DNA from: Escherichia phage vB_EcoM_E9
Sequence record: PP886229
DNA length: 64,000 nt
Reading direction: 5' to 3' (one strand)
The notes beneath the pieces were generated by a model that saw only the letters and a program-made list of their open reading frames with translations, was not told the DNA's origin and did no database searches. This document shows, piece after piece, positions 46,582 to 55,748 of this stretch. A program made the translations under genes and the position numbers. Numbering within the stretch: position 1 is the first letter of the stretch; the number at the start of each line of letters is the position of its first letter.

Positions 46582-48363
46582 ATGACTAAATCACTTTATG
46601 CAGTACCAGCAGGTTTAAACGCAGATGCTTACAAATCTGGTCACATCTACCAGTATCCTAGCGCAACAGAGTACTTGATGTTCAACCTGACACCACGTAG
46701 TGACAAATGGTTTAACAGCCCCTTAGCAATTGATGGTGTAGTTGCTTTCGGTATTCAACGTTTTGTTAAAGATTACCTGATAGACCACTGGAACGCCACA
46801 TTCTTCGAACGTGACAAAAAAGAAGCAATTGACGAAATCTTAGAAGTCATGAACGGTGTTCTGGGTAAAGATGCTATTGGTCGAGAACATTGGGAAGCAC
46901 TCCACGACTTAGGTTATCTACCAGTCGAAGTCTACGCTGTAGAAGAAGGTACAGTTGTCCCTATGCGTGTGCCAATGATTGTCTTCCAGAACACTGTTTC
47001 AGGTTTCCATTGGGTAGCGGGGTATCTGGAAGATGCTTTCTCTGCTGAGATTTGGAAGGCTTGTACCATTGCAACTATTGCATTGCACTACAAACGTATC
47101 TGTAAGAAGTGGGCTGACCTTACTTGTGACAACGACTTGCATTTACCTTATCAGTGCCATGACTTTGCTATGCGTGGTATGTCTGGCTTTACTGATGACG
47201 CATTTAACGCTGTAGGCCACTTAACCAGCTTTAAAGGGACTGATAGCTTCCCTGCTGTGTATACAGCTAAACGCATCTATGGACAGTCCTACCCAATCTC
47301 TGATATTGGTAGTTCTGTACCAGCCACTGAACATTCTGTAATGTGTGCAAACATTGCTTGGGAAGGTGGTAACGAGTTGATTGAAGAAGAAAGACGCTTT
47401 AAAGGTGAGTTACAAACCTTCCGTCGTTTCTTAACAGAAACTTACCCAACTGGTATTGCAAGTGTTGTTTCAGATACTTATAACTTCTGGAGAACTGTAT
47501 CAGTCATATTGCCAGAACTCCGTAAAGAGATTATGGAACGTGATGGCAAACTGGTAATTCGTCCTGATTCTGGAGACCCTGTACATATTGTCACAGGATA
47601 CAAAGCAATCCATTTAGAGTGTGCTAAAAAGGCTTATTACGAACACCTAAGTAAGCTGGAAGCCAGCGACACAATGCTGAATGCTGTTCTGAACATGAAG
47701 CTTGAAAACATCAATTATGGTATTGCTGGATGGCTACTGTCAGAAGGTTACGAAATGGTTGTTGACAGAGAAGACTTTGAAGTTGCTGATACAGTGCTGT
47801 TGAAAAATGCTTATGTGGTTGGTTCTGCAAACGTTGTAACACGTCCTGTAGCGGAGATTGATGGAGCTATCAAGACACTGTATAACATCTTTGGAGGAAC
47901 TATCAACTCTAAAGGTTTTAAAGTACTGGATGAGCACATTGGCCTTATTTATGGTGACTCTATCACGTTGGAACGTGCAAACGAAATCCTAAAGCGTTTG
48001 TATGAAATGGGTTTTGCAAGCTCTAACGTAGTGTTTGGTGTAGGTTCTTACACTTACCAGTACATGACTCGTGACACCTTTGCATTTGCTGTCAAAGCAA
48101 CTCTTGCAAGCATTGGTGGTAAAGAGATTATGCTCGCAAAAGACCCTAAAACAGATAGTGGTGTTAAGAAGTCTGCTTTTGGTGGTGTAGCACCTATGTG
48201 GGATGGTGAAAATCTGAAAGCTGTAGATGGCTATGGGTTCCAGAGCTTTGCAGATGCACTTGAACACCCAGCTTGTGCTTTACGCCTAGTCTTTAGTGAC
48301 TCTGAGCAGTTCGGCTACACAACTCTTGGTGATATTCGAAATAATATTGACAAGCAGCTTTAA
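46582..48363 (+). CDS. nicotinamide phosphoribosyltransferase family protein (NAMPT-like)
   Basis: 593 aa; N-terminal ..DAYKSGHIYQYP.. resembles the NAMPT DSYK.THY.QYP motif (recollection). Confidence 0.75.
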   Translation: MTKSLYAVPAGLNADAYKSGHIYQYPSATEYLMFNLTPRSDKWFNSPLAIDGVVAFGIQRFVKDYLIDHWNATFFERDKKEAIDEILEVMNGVLGKDAIGREHWEALHDLGYLPVEVYAVEEGTVVPMRVPMIVFQNTVSGFHWVAGYLEDAFSAEIWKACTIATIALHYKRICKKWADLTCDNDLHLPYQCHDFAMRGMSGFTDDAFNAVGHLTSFKGTDSFPAVYTAKRIYGQSYPISDIGSSVPATEHSVMCANIAWEGGNELIEEERRFKGELQTFRRFLTETYPTGIASVVSDTYNFWRTVSVILPELRKEIMERDGKLVIRPDSGDPVHIVTGYKAIHLECAKKAYYEHLSKLEASDTMLNAVLNMKLENINYGIAGWLLSEGYEMVVDREDFEVADTVLLKNAYVVGSANVVTRPVAEIDGAIKTLYNIFGGTINSKGFKVLDEHIGLIYGDSITLERANEILKRLYEMGFASSNVVFGVGSYTYQYMTRDTFAFAVKATLASIGGKEIMLAKDPKTDSGVKKSAFGGVAPMWDGENLKAVDGYGFQSFADALEHPACALRLVFSDSEQFGYTTLGDIRNNIDKQL

Positions 48364-48378
48364 AAGTATATGATAAGA

Positions 48379-48399
48379 GGCTCCTACGGGAGCCTTTTT
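48379..48399 (+). terminator. rho-independent terminator
   Basis: GGCTCC-tac-GGGAGCC followed by TTTTT. Confidence 0.6.
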
Positions 48400-48416
48400 A
48401 ATTTCTGGAGAAGATT

Positions 48417-48752
48417 ATGAAAATCAAAGAGATGAACATCAACATTGTCTTAGAAGAACGTTGGGAGAACATCAAGAAGCCTGAAAATGGTCATAAGTTC
48501 CTCAACAAAATCTTAGTAGCAGCTAAAGAAGAACTGACTGGCAAGATTGCAGCAGCAATCACAATAAAGGTCTGTGTAAAAGGTCTTCCAGACAATCACC
48601 AATTTGCACTTGACGAGTTTAAAGAAAGCTTCTACAATCCAAACAAACAGATGCTTGAAAGTAACTTTGCAGTATCTACAAGTATCGTCCATGACAGAAG
48701 CTTTATCCTTTACAAGAATATGAGAGGTGAGTCATGCAAGCATATTGGATAG
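48417..48752 (+). CDS. hypothetical protein
   Basis: 111 aa ORF. Confidence 0.3.
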   Translation: MKIKEMNINIVLEERWENIKKPENGHKFLNKILVAAKEELTGKIAAAITIKVCVKGLPDNHQFALDEFKESFYNPNKQMLESNFAVSTSIVHDRSFILYKNMRGESCKHIG

Positions 48753-48910
48753 AAATTTTACTGTCACTTGGTAGTGTAGCAGTATTTGTTTACCTTCTTT
48801 GCAAGTACTATGCAGAGCACAAAAAATGTGACTACTGTAATGGGGAAGGTTATACAAGAGCAGGTTGTTGCCCTATGTGTGGCGGTTCTGGTAAAATGTT
48901 TAATAAGTAA
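48734..48910 (+). CDS. small membrane-anchored zinc-finger protein (58 aa, absent from ORF track)
   Basis: ATG 48734 with RBS gaggtg; MQAYWIEILLSLGSVAVFVYLLCKYYAEHKKCDYCNGEGYTRAGCCPMCGGSGKMFNK: one TM helix plus two CxxCxGxG motifs. Confidence 0.4.
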   Translation: MQAYWIEILLSLGSVAVFVYLLCKYYAEHKKCDYCNGEGYTRAGCCPMCGGSGKMFNK

Positions 48911-48938
48911 TTTAACAGTAAACTAAGAGGAAAGTATT

Positions 48939-51305
48939 ATGCGCATGGTAAACGACCACGCAGAAGTGATTAAGAGTTCAACTTCTTTAGAGACGTCTCA
49001 AGCACAGATTACAATGACACCCGAAATGTTCAGCCTTTTGAGTTCTGGTGTATATACCTTTAAAGAAAGGGCAGTGATTCGTGAACTGTCATGTAACGCA
49101 GTAGATGCTCAGAAAGAAGCTGGAAAAGAGAACATCCCGTTCCATGTGCATTTACCTACTCGTTTTGAGCCTTACTTTGAAGTCCGTGATTTTGGAACTG
49201 GATTGACTCATGATAAAGTTATGAGTTTGTACCTAAACTACGGGGCTTCTACGAAGAATGACTCTAATGACTACATTGGTGCAATGGGTATCGGCTCAAA
49301 ATCCCCATTTGCAATTGCTCAGTCATTCACAGTGTCTAGTTATGTTGATGGTGTTGTTAATAAGTACTCTGTTTACCTTGAGAATGGTATCCCTCAAGTA
49401 ACTAAGCTAACCACCAACCCAACGAATGAACCTAATGGTTTAGCTGTACGTGTAGCAGTTGCTGACCATCGTATTTCAAAGTTCTTTGAAGAGGCTGGTA
49501 ATGTATACTCATACTTTGCTGTAAAACCAGAAAGTAATATCGAGTATGACGATGTATTAGCAGATATGAACGTCATTGCCCGTGAAGAAGGTGTTTATGA
49601 TGCCATGATTCATAAGCAAAGCTGGCGTTCTAGTGGTAACAGGACAGAGTTTAATGTGGTGATGGGTAACATTGCCTACCCTGTTAACATGGAAGCATTA
49701 CTTGGTGATGATTTCTTCAAAGTATTGCCAGAATTTTTCCGTAGGAGCGTAGACCTTGTAAACATCTACATGCCTATTGGTTCAGTTGCTATTGCAGCTT
49801 CTCGTGAAGCATTGCAGATGAATGACACGACAAAAAATGTTATCATTGAGGCTACTAAAAAGATAACTGAAGCCATTACAAAGGATGTTATCAAGAAAGT
49901 TAATAGTCAACCTACACTCATGGATGCTGCACAGGCTTATGCTGAGTTACGTTTGAACTCACGAGAGATGTTTAATGCTGTGTGTCCAAAGCTAGAGTGG
50001 GGTGGTGTTAAGCTTGATTCTCTGGAAGAAGAATTACTAAACATTCGTCGTGGAATTATCTACGCAGAAGACGGCTCAGTCATTTACGAACGTGACGGTA
50101 AAGGTAATATTAAGGTTGATAGGAACGGGAACAATATCCCTAAAGTAGATTATCTTTATGACCCAGTTGCTTATGTCAAGTTCAACTCTTTAGAGAGTAA
50201 GATTCGTGCAACATCGCTTTCCTACACTCAAGAGGCAAGCATGTTCAATATCTTTGGCGCAATGCGTAAAAGTCAAATTGAACAGTTTTTGTTTGTTATA
50301 AATGACCGTCGAAATAAAAACGGTACTGAGAAGACTGTAGGACGCAACCAAATCTTGCGTGGTGCATGTCGAGACTATGCCAGTGAGTCAAGTCTGTTTC
50401 ACAGATACAATGGTATTGTCTTTGTATTCTCTACAGAGAAAGAGCTAGACGACTTAATCAATCTGCACAAACTTGATAAAAGCTTGTTAAAGATTGTGAA
50501 GATGTCTGATAAGGAACACCATTATCAGCGTAAAGAAGCTGTAAGAGGCGTTGTAAAACTTTGGAAAGCTGTTCCAGCAGAAGGTGTGGCTTCCTATAAA
50601 GAGGTTTCAGAGGACTTTGATACAATTGAAGAACCTCAGCTTTACATTAAGGCAGTCGGTGACACAGTTGATGGTGAATGTTTTTGCTCATCTCCAGAAG
50701 ATGTAGCTAAGTCAGTTGCTAATGTTACAGGTAAGACAGTCTATGTTTTCCGAAAAGCAAATTGGAAAAAGATACCAGAAGACTGGATTGAAGTAGATGA
50801 GAAACTCTTGAATGACAGCTTAACTGATGTTCATTGGATTAATCATAACAGGTATATGACACGTATCTATATGAATGGTGTCCTTGACCTTACAAGCAGT
50901 TGGATTATTGCCAGAAACTTTACGTTCAATAACAGGAAGATTTCTCGTGGCTATTGTTATTCACGGGATACAAACAAAACTATCTTCTTAGAAGGTAATG
51001 AAGATGCTGTAGAGGCAATGTTTGGTAAAATCCAATACGTTGCTGCACCGTTTGCATATACTTACACTATTAGTAGGCTGCAAACTTTGAAAGACTGCCT
51101 TGACAATGATACAAAGCTGTACAAGAAAATTAAGAAAGCTGGTGACCGCATGGTCATTAAGGTGACAAACTACCTTTCAAAAAGAAAACAAGAAAACTTC
51201 TTGCTTTCTCATTTAGATTGGAATAAAGTGTCACCCATCGAAGTGAGTAAGTTCTTAGGCTTTGATGTGAAGTGTGTTCCAGAAGGGACTACAATTTACG
51301 ATTAA
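48939..51305 (+). CDS. rIIA: rIIA-like protein
   Basis: 788 aa; N-terminal GHKL-type ATPase motifs ..RAVIRELSCNAVDA.., ..RDFGTGLT.., ..GAMGIGSKSPFAIA.., ..PIGSVAIAASREALQMNDTTKNVI.. closely paralleling T4 rIIA (recollection). Confidence 0.8.
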   Translation: MRMVNDHAEVIKSSTSLETSQAQITMTPEMFSLLSSGVYTFKERAVIRELSCNAVDAQKEAGKENIPFHVHLPTRFEPYFEVRDFGTGLTHDKVMSLYLNYGASTKNDSNDYIGAMGIGSKSPFAIAQSFTVSSYVDGVVNKYSVYLENGIPQVTKLTTNPTNEPNGLAVRVAVADHRISKFFEEAGNVYSYFAVKPESNIEYDDVLADMNVIAREEGVYDAMIHKQSWRSSGNRTEFNVVMGNIAYPVNMEALLGDDFFKVLPEFFRRSVDLVNIYMPIGSVAIAASREALQMNDTTKNVIIEATKKITEAITKDVIKKVNSQPTLMDAAQAYAELRLNSREMFNAVCPKLEWGGVKLDSLEEELLNIRRGIIYAEDGSVIYERDGKGNIKVDRNGNNIPKVDYLYDPVAYVKFNSLESKIRATSLSYTQEASMFNIFGAMRKSQIEQFLFVINDRRNKNGTEKTVGRNQILRGACRDYASESSLFHRYNGIVFVFSTEKELDDLINLHKLDKSLLKIVKMSDKEHHYQRKEAVRGVVKLWKAVPAEGVASYKEVSEDFDTIEEPQLYIKAVGDTVDGECFCSSPEDVAKSVANVTGKTVYVFRKANWKKIPEDWIEVDEKLLNDSLTDVHWINHNRYMTRIYMNGVLDLTSSWIIARNFTFNNRKISRGYCYSRDTNKTIFLEGNEDAVEAMFGKIQYVAAPFAYTYTISRLQTLKDCLDNDTKLYKKIKKAGDRMVIKVTNYLSKRKQENFLLSHLDWNKVSPIEVSKFLGFDVKCVPEGTTIYD

Positions 51306-51310
51306 AGTGT

Positions 51311-51340
51311 TTGACAAGGGGCTTTGAAGCCCCTTAGAAT
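51311..51340 (+). promoter_or_regulatory. sigma70-like promoter (TTGACA-N18-TAGAAT) overlapping a hairpin
   Basis: Hexamers flank GGGGCTTtgAAGCCCC hairpin between rIIA and rIIB. Confidence 0.35.
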
Positions 51341-51384
51341 AGCCTTACAAAATGATTTATTAACTAACAAGAGAGAGTAATAAG

Positions 51385-52494
51385 ATGACTACTAAAACTA
51401 AAGCACAGATTGACGCAGAAATTTACGAACTGGTTAAAGAAGGTAAGCTGACTAAAACAGCTATTGCACAGAAGTTCAATACTTCAACCCGTTCAGTTGG
51501 TCGTGCTGTAGAGCGTCATGAAGCAACCTTAAAAGGTAAGAAGAAGGCGACTTCTACACCAGCTAAGAAGACCCTAAAGCAAGTTGCTAAGTCAGTTAAA
51601 AAGAAAGCTGACAAACCAGTTGAAAAGGCCGTTAAAGACTCTGTACAGAAAGCTCCAGTAAATAAACTGCATGAAGCTATGCAGAAAGATGACAAGATTG
51701 AGTACATGATTACTGGTGACTCTGTAATTATGACTTACGGTTCAGAATCTGAAATTGTTGAGTCTACTCATCCGAACTATCAAGAGATTGTAGTTCATGT
51801 TGTGAAAGGTGAGTTCAAGAAAGCATTTGAACTGATGAACATTCGTAAGTCTATCGAAAACTTCACTCAGGGTGCTATCACAATCAAAGGTGACAAGCTC
51901 TTCTACGGTGCTGTTGAGATGCGTTCTACTCTGGTTGACCGTATTCTTCACATGATGAAAACTGGTGATAAAGGTTTTGAACGACTTGTAATGTTCTTCG
52001 AAAAACTGATGGAAAACCCATCTAAAGATTCTGTAGAACAACTTTGGGGATTTGTATCACACCTTGATGTTGAAATTGATGAAGAAGGCTACATCATTGG
52101 TTGGAAGAAAGTCTCTACTCGTGAAGGCAAGCTGGTTGACTCTCACACCTACAAAGTGCCTAATGATTTGGGTAACATTGTAGAGATGCCACGTTGGATG
52201 GTTGATAACAACCGTAACGTAACTTGCTCTCAAGGTCTTCATGTTGGTGCTTGGGATTATGTTCGTTGCTTCTCAGGTGATACCATCCTGAAGGTTCGTG
52301 TCCATCCACGAGATGTTGTATCTGTTCCAACTGATTACAACGATATGAAGATGCGTTCCTCTCGTTATGAAGTTGCAGCAATCGTTGATAATCAACGTAA
52401 AGTGCTGAAAGCATGGGATGGTAAGACTGAAGCTTTGCATGTCATCGTTGGTACTGCTGGTGAACTCATCTCTCAACGTAAACGTGAAATCTAA
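51385..52494 (+). CDS. rIIB: rIIB-like protein
   Basis: 369 aa; ..LFYGAVEMRSTLVDRIL.., ..CSQGLHVG.., ..VRVHPRDVVSVPTDYNDMKMRSSRYEV.. parallel T4 rIIB (recollection); directly after rIIA. Confidence 0.8.
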   Translation: MTTKTKAQIDAEIYELVKEGKLTKTAIAQKFNTSTRSVGRAVERHEATLKGKKKATSTPAKKTLKQVAKSVKKKADKPVEKAVKDSVQKAPVNKLHEAMQKDDKIEYMITGDSVIMTYGSESEIVESTHPNYQEIVVHVVKGEFKKAFELMNIRKSIENFTQGAITIKGDKLFYGAVEMRSTLVDRILHMMKTGDKGFERLVMFFEKLMENPSKDSVEQLWGFVSHLDVEIDEEGYIIGWKKVSTREGKLVDSHTYKVPNDLGNIVEMPRWMVDNNRNVTCSQGLHVGAWDYVRCFSGDTILKVRVHPRDVVSVPTDYNDMKMRSSRYEVAAIVDNQRKVLKAWDGKTEALHVIVGTAGELISQRKREI

Positions 52495-52508
52495 TAAGTA
52501 ATTTCTTA

Positions 52509-52534
52509 AAAGGCTGCTTCGGCGGCCTTTTTTA
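52509..52534 (+). terminator. rho-independent terminator
   Basis: GGCTGC-ttcg-GCGGCC followed by TTTTTT. Confidence 0.6.
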
Positions 52535-52594
52535 TTTGTATTTTGTGCAGAGTGCTGTATAATTGTTGTCACGATAAACTAAACAGGAGAACCA

Positions 52595-53143
52595 ATGAAG
52601 AAATTGATTCTAGGATTGTGCTTAATGTTTACAGCACATTTATCTTATGCAGTTGACTGCCCAGAGCTATCAATTAGCCAAAAAGTTAACATGTTAAAAG
52701 CTTACCAGTATGGTGAGAACAACATGGGGAAAGGCTGGGGTATTACTCTAGCAGCTATAGCCTTACAAGAGTCAGAGTTAGGTCTGAAGGTAGAGAATAA
52801 AAAGACCCATGACTATGGTATTTTCCAGAATCACTTGAAGACTGTTGTAAAGCGTAACAAAATTAGTCCTAATGTGGCTAAAAAGAAACTCTTAAAAGAT
52901 TTTGACTATGCAGCAAAAGAGACACATAAAGAGCTTGAGTTTTGGACTAAGGTACATGGTCACCCGAAGTCAAAGAAGACTTTACAAAAAGTTTTAGCAT
53001 CATATAATGCTGGGTATTCGTACAAAATTCCTAAAGCTAAGAAATACTCTCAAGATGTCTATAACAATATGAAAGTTATTGCTCAATGTGAATTTGCAAC
53101 AAACATTTCTAAGGTAAATCATGAAAAAATTAAGAAAGTCTGA
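52595..53143 (+). CDS. secreted lytic transglycosylase-like protein (endolysin candidate)
   Basis: Signal peptide MKKLILGLCLMFTAHLSYA then ..IALQESELG.. resembling the SLT-domain catalytic Glu-Ser motif. Confidence 0.4.
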   Translation: MKKLILGLCLMFTAHLSYAVDCPELSISQKVNMLKAYQYGENNMGKGWGITLAAIALQESELGLKVENKKTHDYGIFQNHLKTVVKRNKISPNVAKKKLLKDFDYAAKETHKELEFWTKVHGHPKSKKTLQKVLASYNAGYSYKIPKAKKYSQDVYNNMKVIAQCEFATNISKVNHEKIKKV

Positions 53144-53816
53144 TGAAGTCCTGTGCCACGCTTATGACTTGCATCCTCATGAGTTAGGTCTTGATTCCTG
53201 TGTATGGACTCCAGAACAGTGCAGGGATTTTGAAGACACTGCAAGAGAAGTTGTATGTTCACTTGAAGAGTTCCACACATCAGAACCAATTGTGAACGTT
53301 GTGGATAAAGAAACTGGACAAGCTATAGGTGTAAGTCGTGACAGTTTAGTCATAGTCAATAAAGACCTTGTAGAAAAAGGTAACCTCATCTTAGCAGATA
53401 TTGATGGTGTTCTTACAAATTTTAATCACGAAGATTGCTCAACGGAATTGACTGATGGGTCATTCTCACAATACACTAATCTTCTTGACTCTGTAAGAGC
53501 AAAACCAACATATGTTTTTAGTATTATTGATGCAATTGCTAATCATGCTGCCATTGGACTCTTGACAGCGAGAGGTGAATCTCAGAGAATACCTACTGAG
53601 ATGTTCTTAAGGCATAACATAGAGCATGACTACATGCTTTTTATGCGTGGTTTTGGAACTAACTCTATAAGTGCAGAAAGTTTGAAAGTGAGGATGATTC
53701 AGTCTTGCATTCTTCCTTATTTTAATATAGTATGCTTTATAGAAGATACAGAGAAGAATGTTCAGAAGGTTAACAGAATCCTTCCACACATTAAAACCAT
53801 GTTAGTTAAACATTGA
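53121..53816 (+). CDS. putative HAD-superfamily hydrolase
   Basis: ..ILADIDGVLTN.. resembles HAD motif I (DxDG[T/V]); weak. Confidence 0.3.
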   Translation: MKKLRKSDEVLCHAYDLHPHELGLDSCVWTPEQCRDFEDTAREVVCSLEEFHTSEPIVNVVDKETGQAIGVSRDSLVIVNKDLVEKGNLILADIDGVLTNFNHEDCSTELTDGSFSQYTNLLDSVRAKPTYVFSIIDAIANHAAIGLLTARGESQRIPTEMFLRHNIEHDYMLFMRGFGTNSISAESLKVRMIQSCILPYFNIVCFIEDTEKNVQKVNRILPHIKTMLVKH

Positions 53817-54292
53817 GAGAAAAACTTATGAACAATATCATTACGGTAGCACTGGACGATACGGCAAACAAATCTGAAGTAGTTCGTAAAATGATTCAAG
53901 GCAACTTTGAAGGTAAAATTTTCCGTGCTGTTAATGTAAAAGCTGATGGCAGCATTCGTGAATATCGTGCATTGTTGAATGTTAAAAAGCACGTAAAAGG
54001 TGCTGGTTCAACGACTGCACACAAAGAAAACCTGATGACTATCTACGATATGGGTAAGGCTTCAGAGTTAGGTGCTGAAGGTATCGTTAAAGAAGGTGCT
54101 CCGTATCGCTCTTTCAATCTGGAAACTACTCTTATGCTTTCCTTTACAAGTGGTTCTAAAACAATCACTTATCTCTTTACTGATGCTGCAACGGTATCTG
54201 CTATTAAGGATGGCACTGTCAAAGCTGGCGTAGTTGCTGCTGCAAAAGCTTCTTCGATGGCTGCGAATATCCTTGCTAAAGTCCTCAGTTAA
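53813..54292 (+). CDS. hypothetical protein
   Basis: 159 aa ORF followed by a terminator. Confidence 0.3.
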   Translation: MREKLMNNIITVALDDTANKSEVVRKMIQGNFEGKIFRAVNVKADGSIREYRALLNVKKHVKGAGSTTAHKENLMTIYDMGKASELGAEGIVKEGAPYRSFNLETTLMLSFTSGSKTITYLFTDAATVSAIKDGTVKAGVVAAAKASSMAANILAKVLS

Positions 54293-54304
54293 GGTTAAGA
54301 TACA

Positions 54305-54325
54305 GGCTCCTTCGGGAGCCTTTTT
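54305..54325 (+). terminator. rho-independent terminator
   Basis: GGCTCC-ttcg-GGAGCC followed by TTTTT. Confidence 0.6.
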
Positions 54326-54344
54326 CATTTCAGGAGATTGTTAA

Positions 54345-54692
54345 ATGACATTTAAAGAGTTCTGCCAAGCTACTTTCATAATTGTTTTCTTAGTTGGAGC
54401 AGGTGTCTGGGGAGGATACTCTTACAGAGACTACCAAGTTGCTGAGACTGAGCTAAATAATGAGAAACTAATAAGTGTTGCTAAAGATGCTTATCAGGAA
54501 GGTTTAGCCACACTCAGCACCAATTACAAAAATGATTTGAAAGATGTGCTTGCTAAGAATAAGCATACAAAAGAGGTACTAACATATGAAAAGACTAAGC
54601 CAGAGTTTTATAATGTTTGTGTTACTGATAATTATGTCAGGGTGTTCAACGAACAAAGCGAACAGTACATTCAAAAACTACCAAGTAAGTGA
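54345..54692 (+). CDS. i-spanin-like protein (Rz-like)
   Basis: 115 aa; N-terminal TM segment (FIIVFLVGAGVWGGY) then helical periplasmic region; 3' end overlaps a lipoprotein ORF in another frame. Confidence 0.4.
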   Translation: MTFKEFCQATFIIVFLVGAGVWGGYSYRDYQVAETELNNEKLISVAKDAYQEGLATLSTNYKNDLKDVLAKNKHTKEVLTYEKTKPEFYNVCVTDNYVRVFNEQSEQYIQKLPSK

Positions 54693-54855
54693 GAGTGACA
54701 AGTACACTCAAGAAGAATCAAGATTCACTGTCAAAGGTAATACTGGTAGTGATGTGGCAGCAGCCCTTGAATTTTATCGTGATGGTTTTTACCAGTGCAC
54801 AATAAAAGCTAATAACCTTATTGATATGATTTTATTAGGGAACAAACAGCAATGA
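54586..54855 (+). CDS. o-spanin-like lipoprotein (Rz1-like)
   Basis: 89 aa; MKRLSQSFIMFVLLIIMSGC signal peptide with lipobox; start embedded in the 3' end of the preceding gene. Confidence 0.4.
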   Translation: MKRLSQSFIMFVLLIIMSGCSTNKANSTFKNYQVSESDKYTQEESRFTVKGNTGSDVAAALEFYRDGFYQCTIKANNLIDMILLGNKQQ

Positions 54856-55121
54856 CAGAGAATGAAGATACTTTCTATGTAGAAGGGTACTTACTGCTAC
54901 CACGACCAAAAGAAACTTATATGCGGGTTGATTTCTCACCAACCATTATGGATAACGTGATGTGTCATATCTTTATGCAAGGTGTCACAGCACAGCTTAA
55001 GCATGTTGGTAAAGAGTGCAAAATAAAGGTTGACACTCATCCAGAAATCAAAGAGAATCACTACACATGGTTCTTACCAGACTCTAAAGAAATCTTAGCA
55101 GTTCTTAAAACGAGGAAATGA
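54852..55121 (+). CDS. hypothetical protein
   Basis: 89 aa ORF. Confidence 0.3.
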   Translation: MTENEDTFYVEGYLLLPRPKETYMRVDFSPTIMDNVMCHIFMQGVTAQLKHVGKECKIKVDTHPEIKENHYTWFLPDSKEILAVLKTRK

Positions 55122-55432
55122 TTATGCAATTCCAGCCAACAAATCGCGGATTTTCTTATGCAGAATTTAAAGATGCTAAAGGGGAAATTTGTACTTTACA
55201 AGAGAGTTCATCATATGAACCATGTATCTGGTTAGGTGCTAAAGAGGTCTCTGTTCAGTACCTAGATGGTGGCTGGAAAACACTTGATATCCCAGCATTA
55301 GTAGGCAAAGATTTTGTAGGTAACCAAAGAATGAAACTCAACCAAGAACAGGTGAAAGAGTTATTGCCATACCTTCAGTACTTTGCTGAAAATGGTGAAT
55401 TACCAACAGAGGAACTTACAAATGCAGATTAA
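55118..55432 (+). CDS. hypothetical protein
   Basis: 104 aa ORF. Confidence 0.3.
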   Translation: MIMQFQPTNRGFSYAEFKDAKGEICTLQESSSYEPCIWLGAKEVSVQYLDGGWKTLDIPALVGKDFVGNQRMKLNQEQVKELLPYLQYFAENGELPTEELTNAD

Positions 55433-55748
55433 TGGAAGAGACTTTGTAGCCGTTTACTACGAGAAAGATAAAGAAGTTGGCGTAGCACAAGTATCTTATG
55501 GTAATGGTAAGTGGTTATATGGCACAATCGCAGTAGTAGGAACAAGAAGTGATACAAAAACTTTTAAAGACTGTGTTGACCTTCTTGAAGAATCCATCCA
55601 CAATCATTGGTGTCTGATATGGATGACTGACAACGAAGTGATAGAACGCTTCAAAAAGATTGGTATCAACATTGATAGCATTGAGCATGTTGACTTGTAT
55701 GAGCTAACTGAGAAGGTAAATTATGAAAGTAATACTAGCCAGAGATAA
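55422..55748 (+). CDS. hypothetical protein
   Basis: Start trimmed to ATG 55422 (MQINGRDF..). Confidence 0.3.
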   Translation: MQINGRDFVAVYYEKDKEVGVAQVSYGNGKWLYGTIAVVGTRSDTKTFKDCVDLLEESIHNHWCLIWMTDNEVIERFKKIGINIDSIEHVDLYELTEKVNYESNTSQR

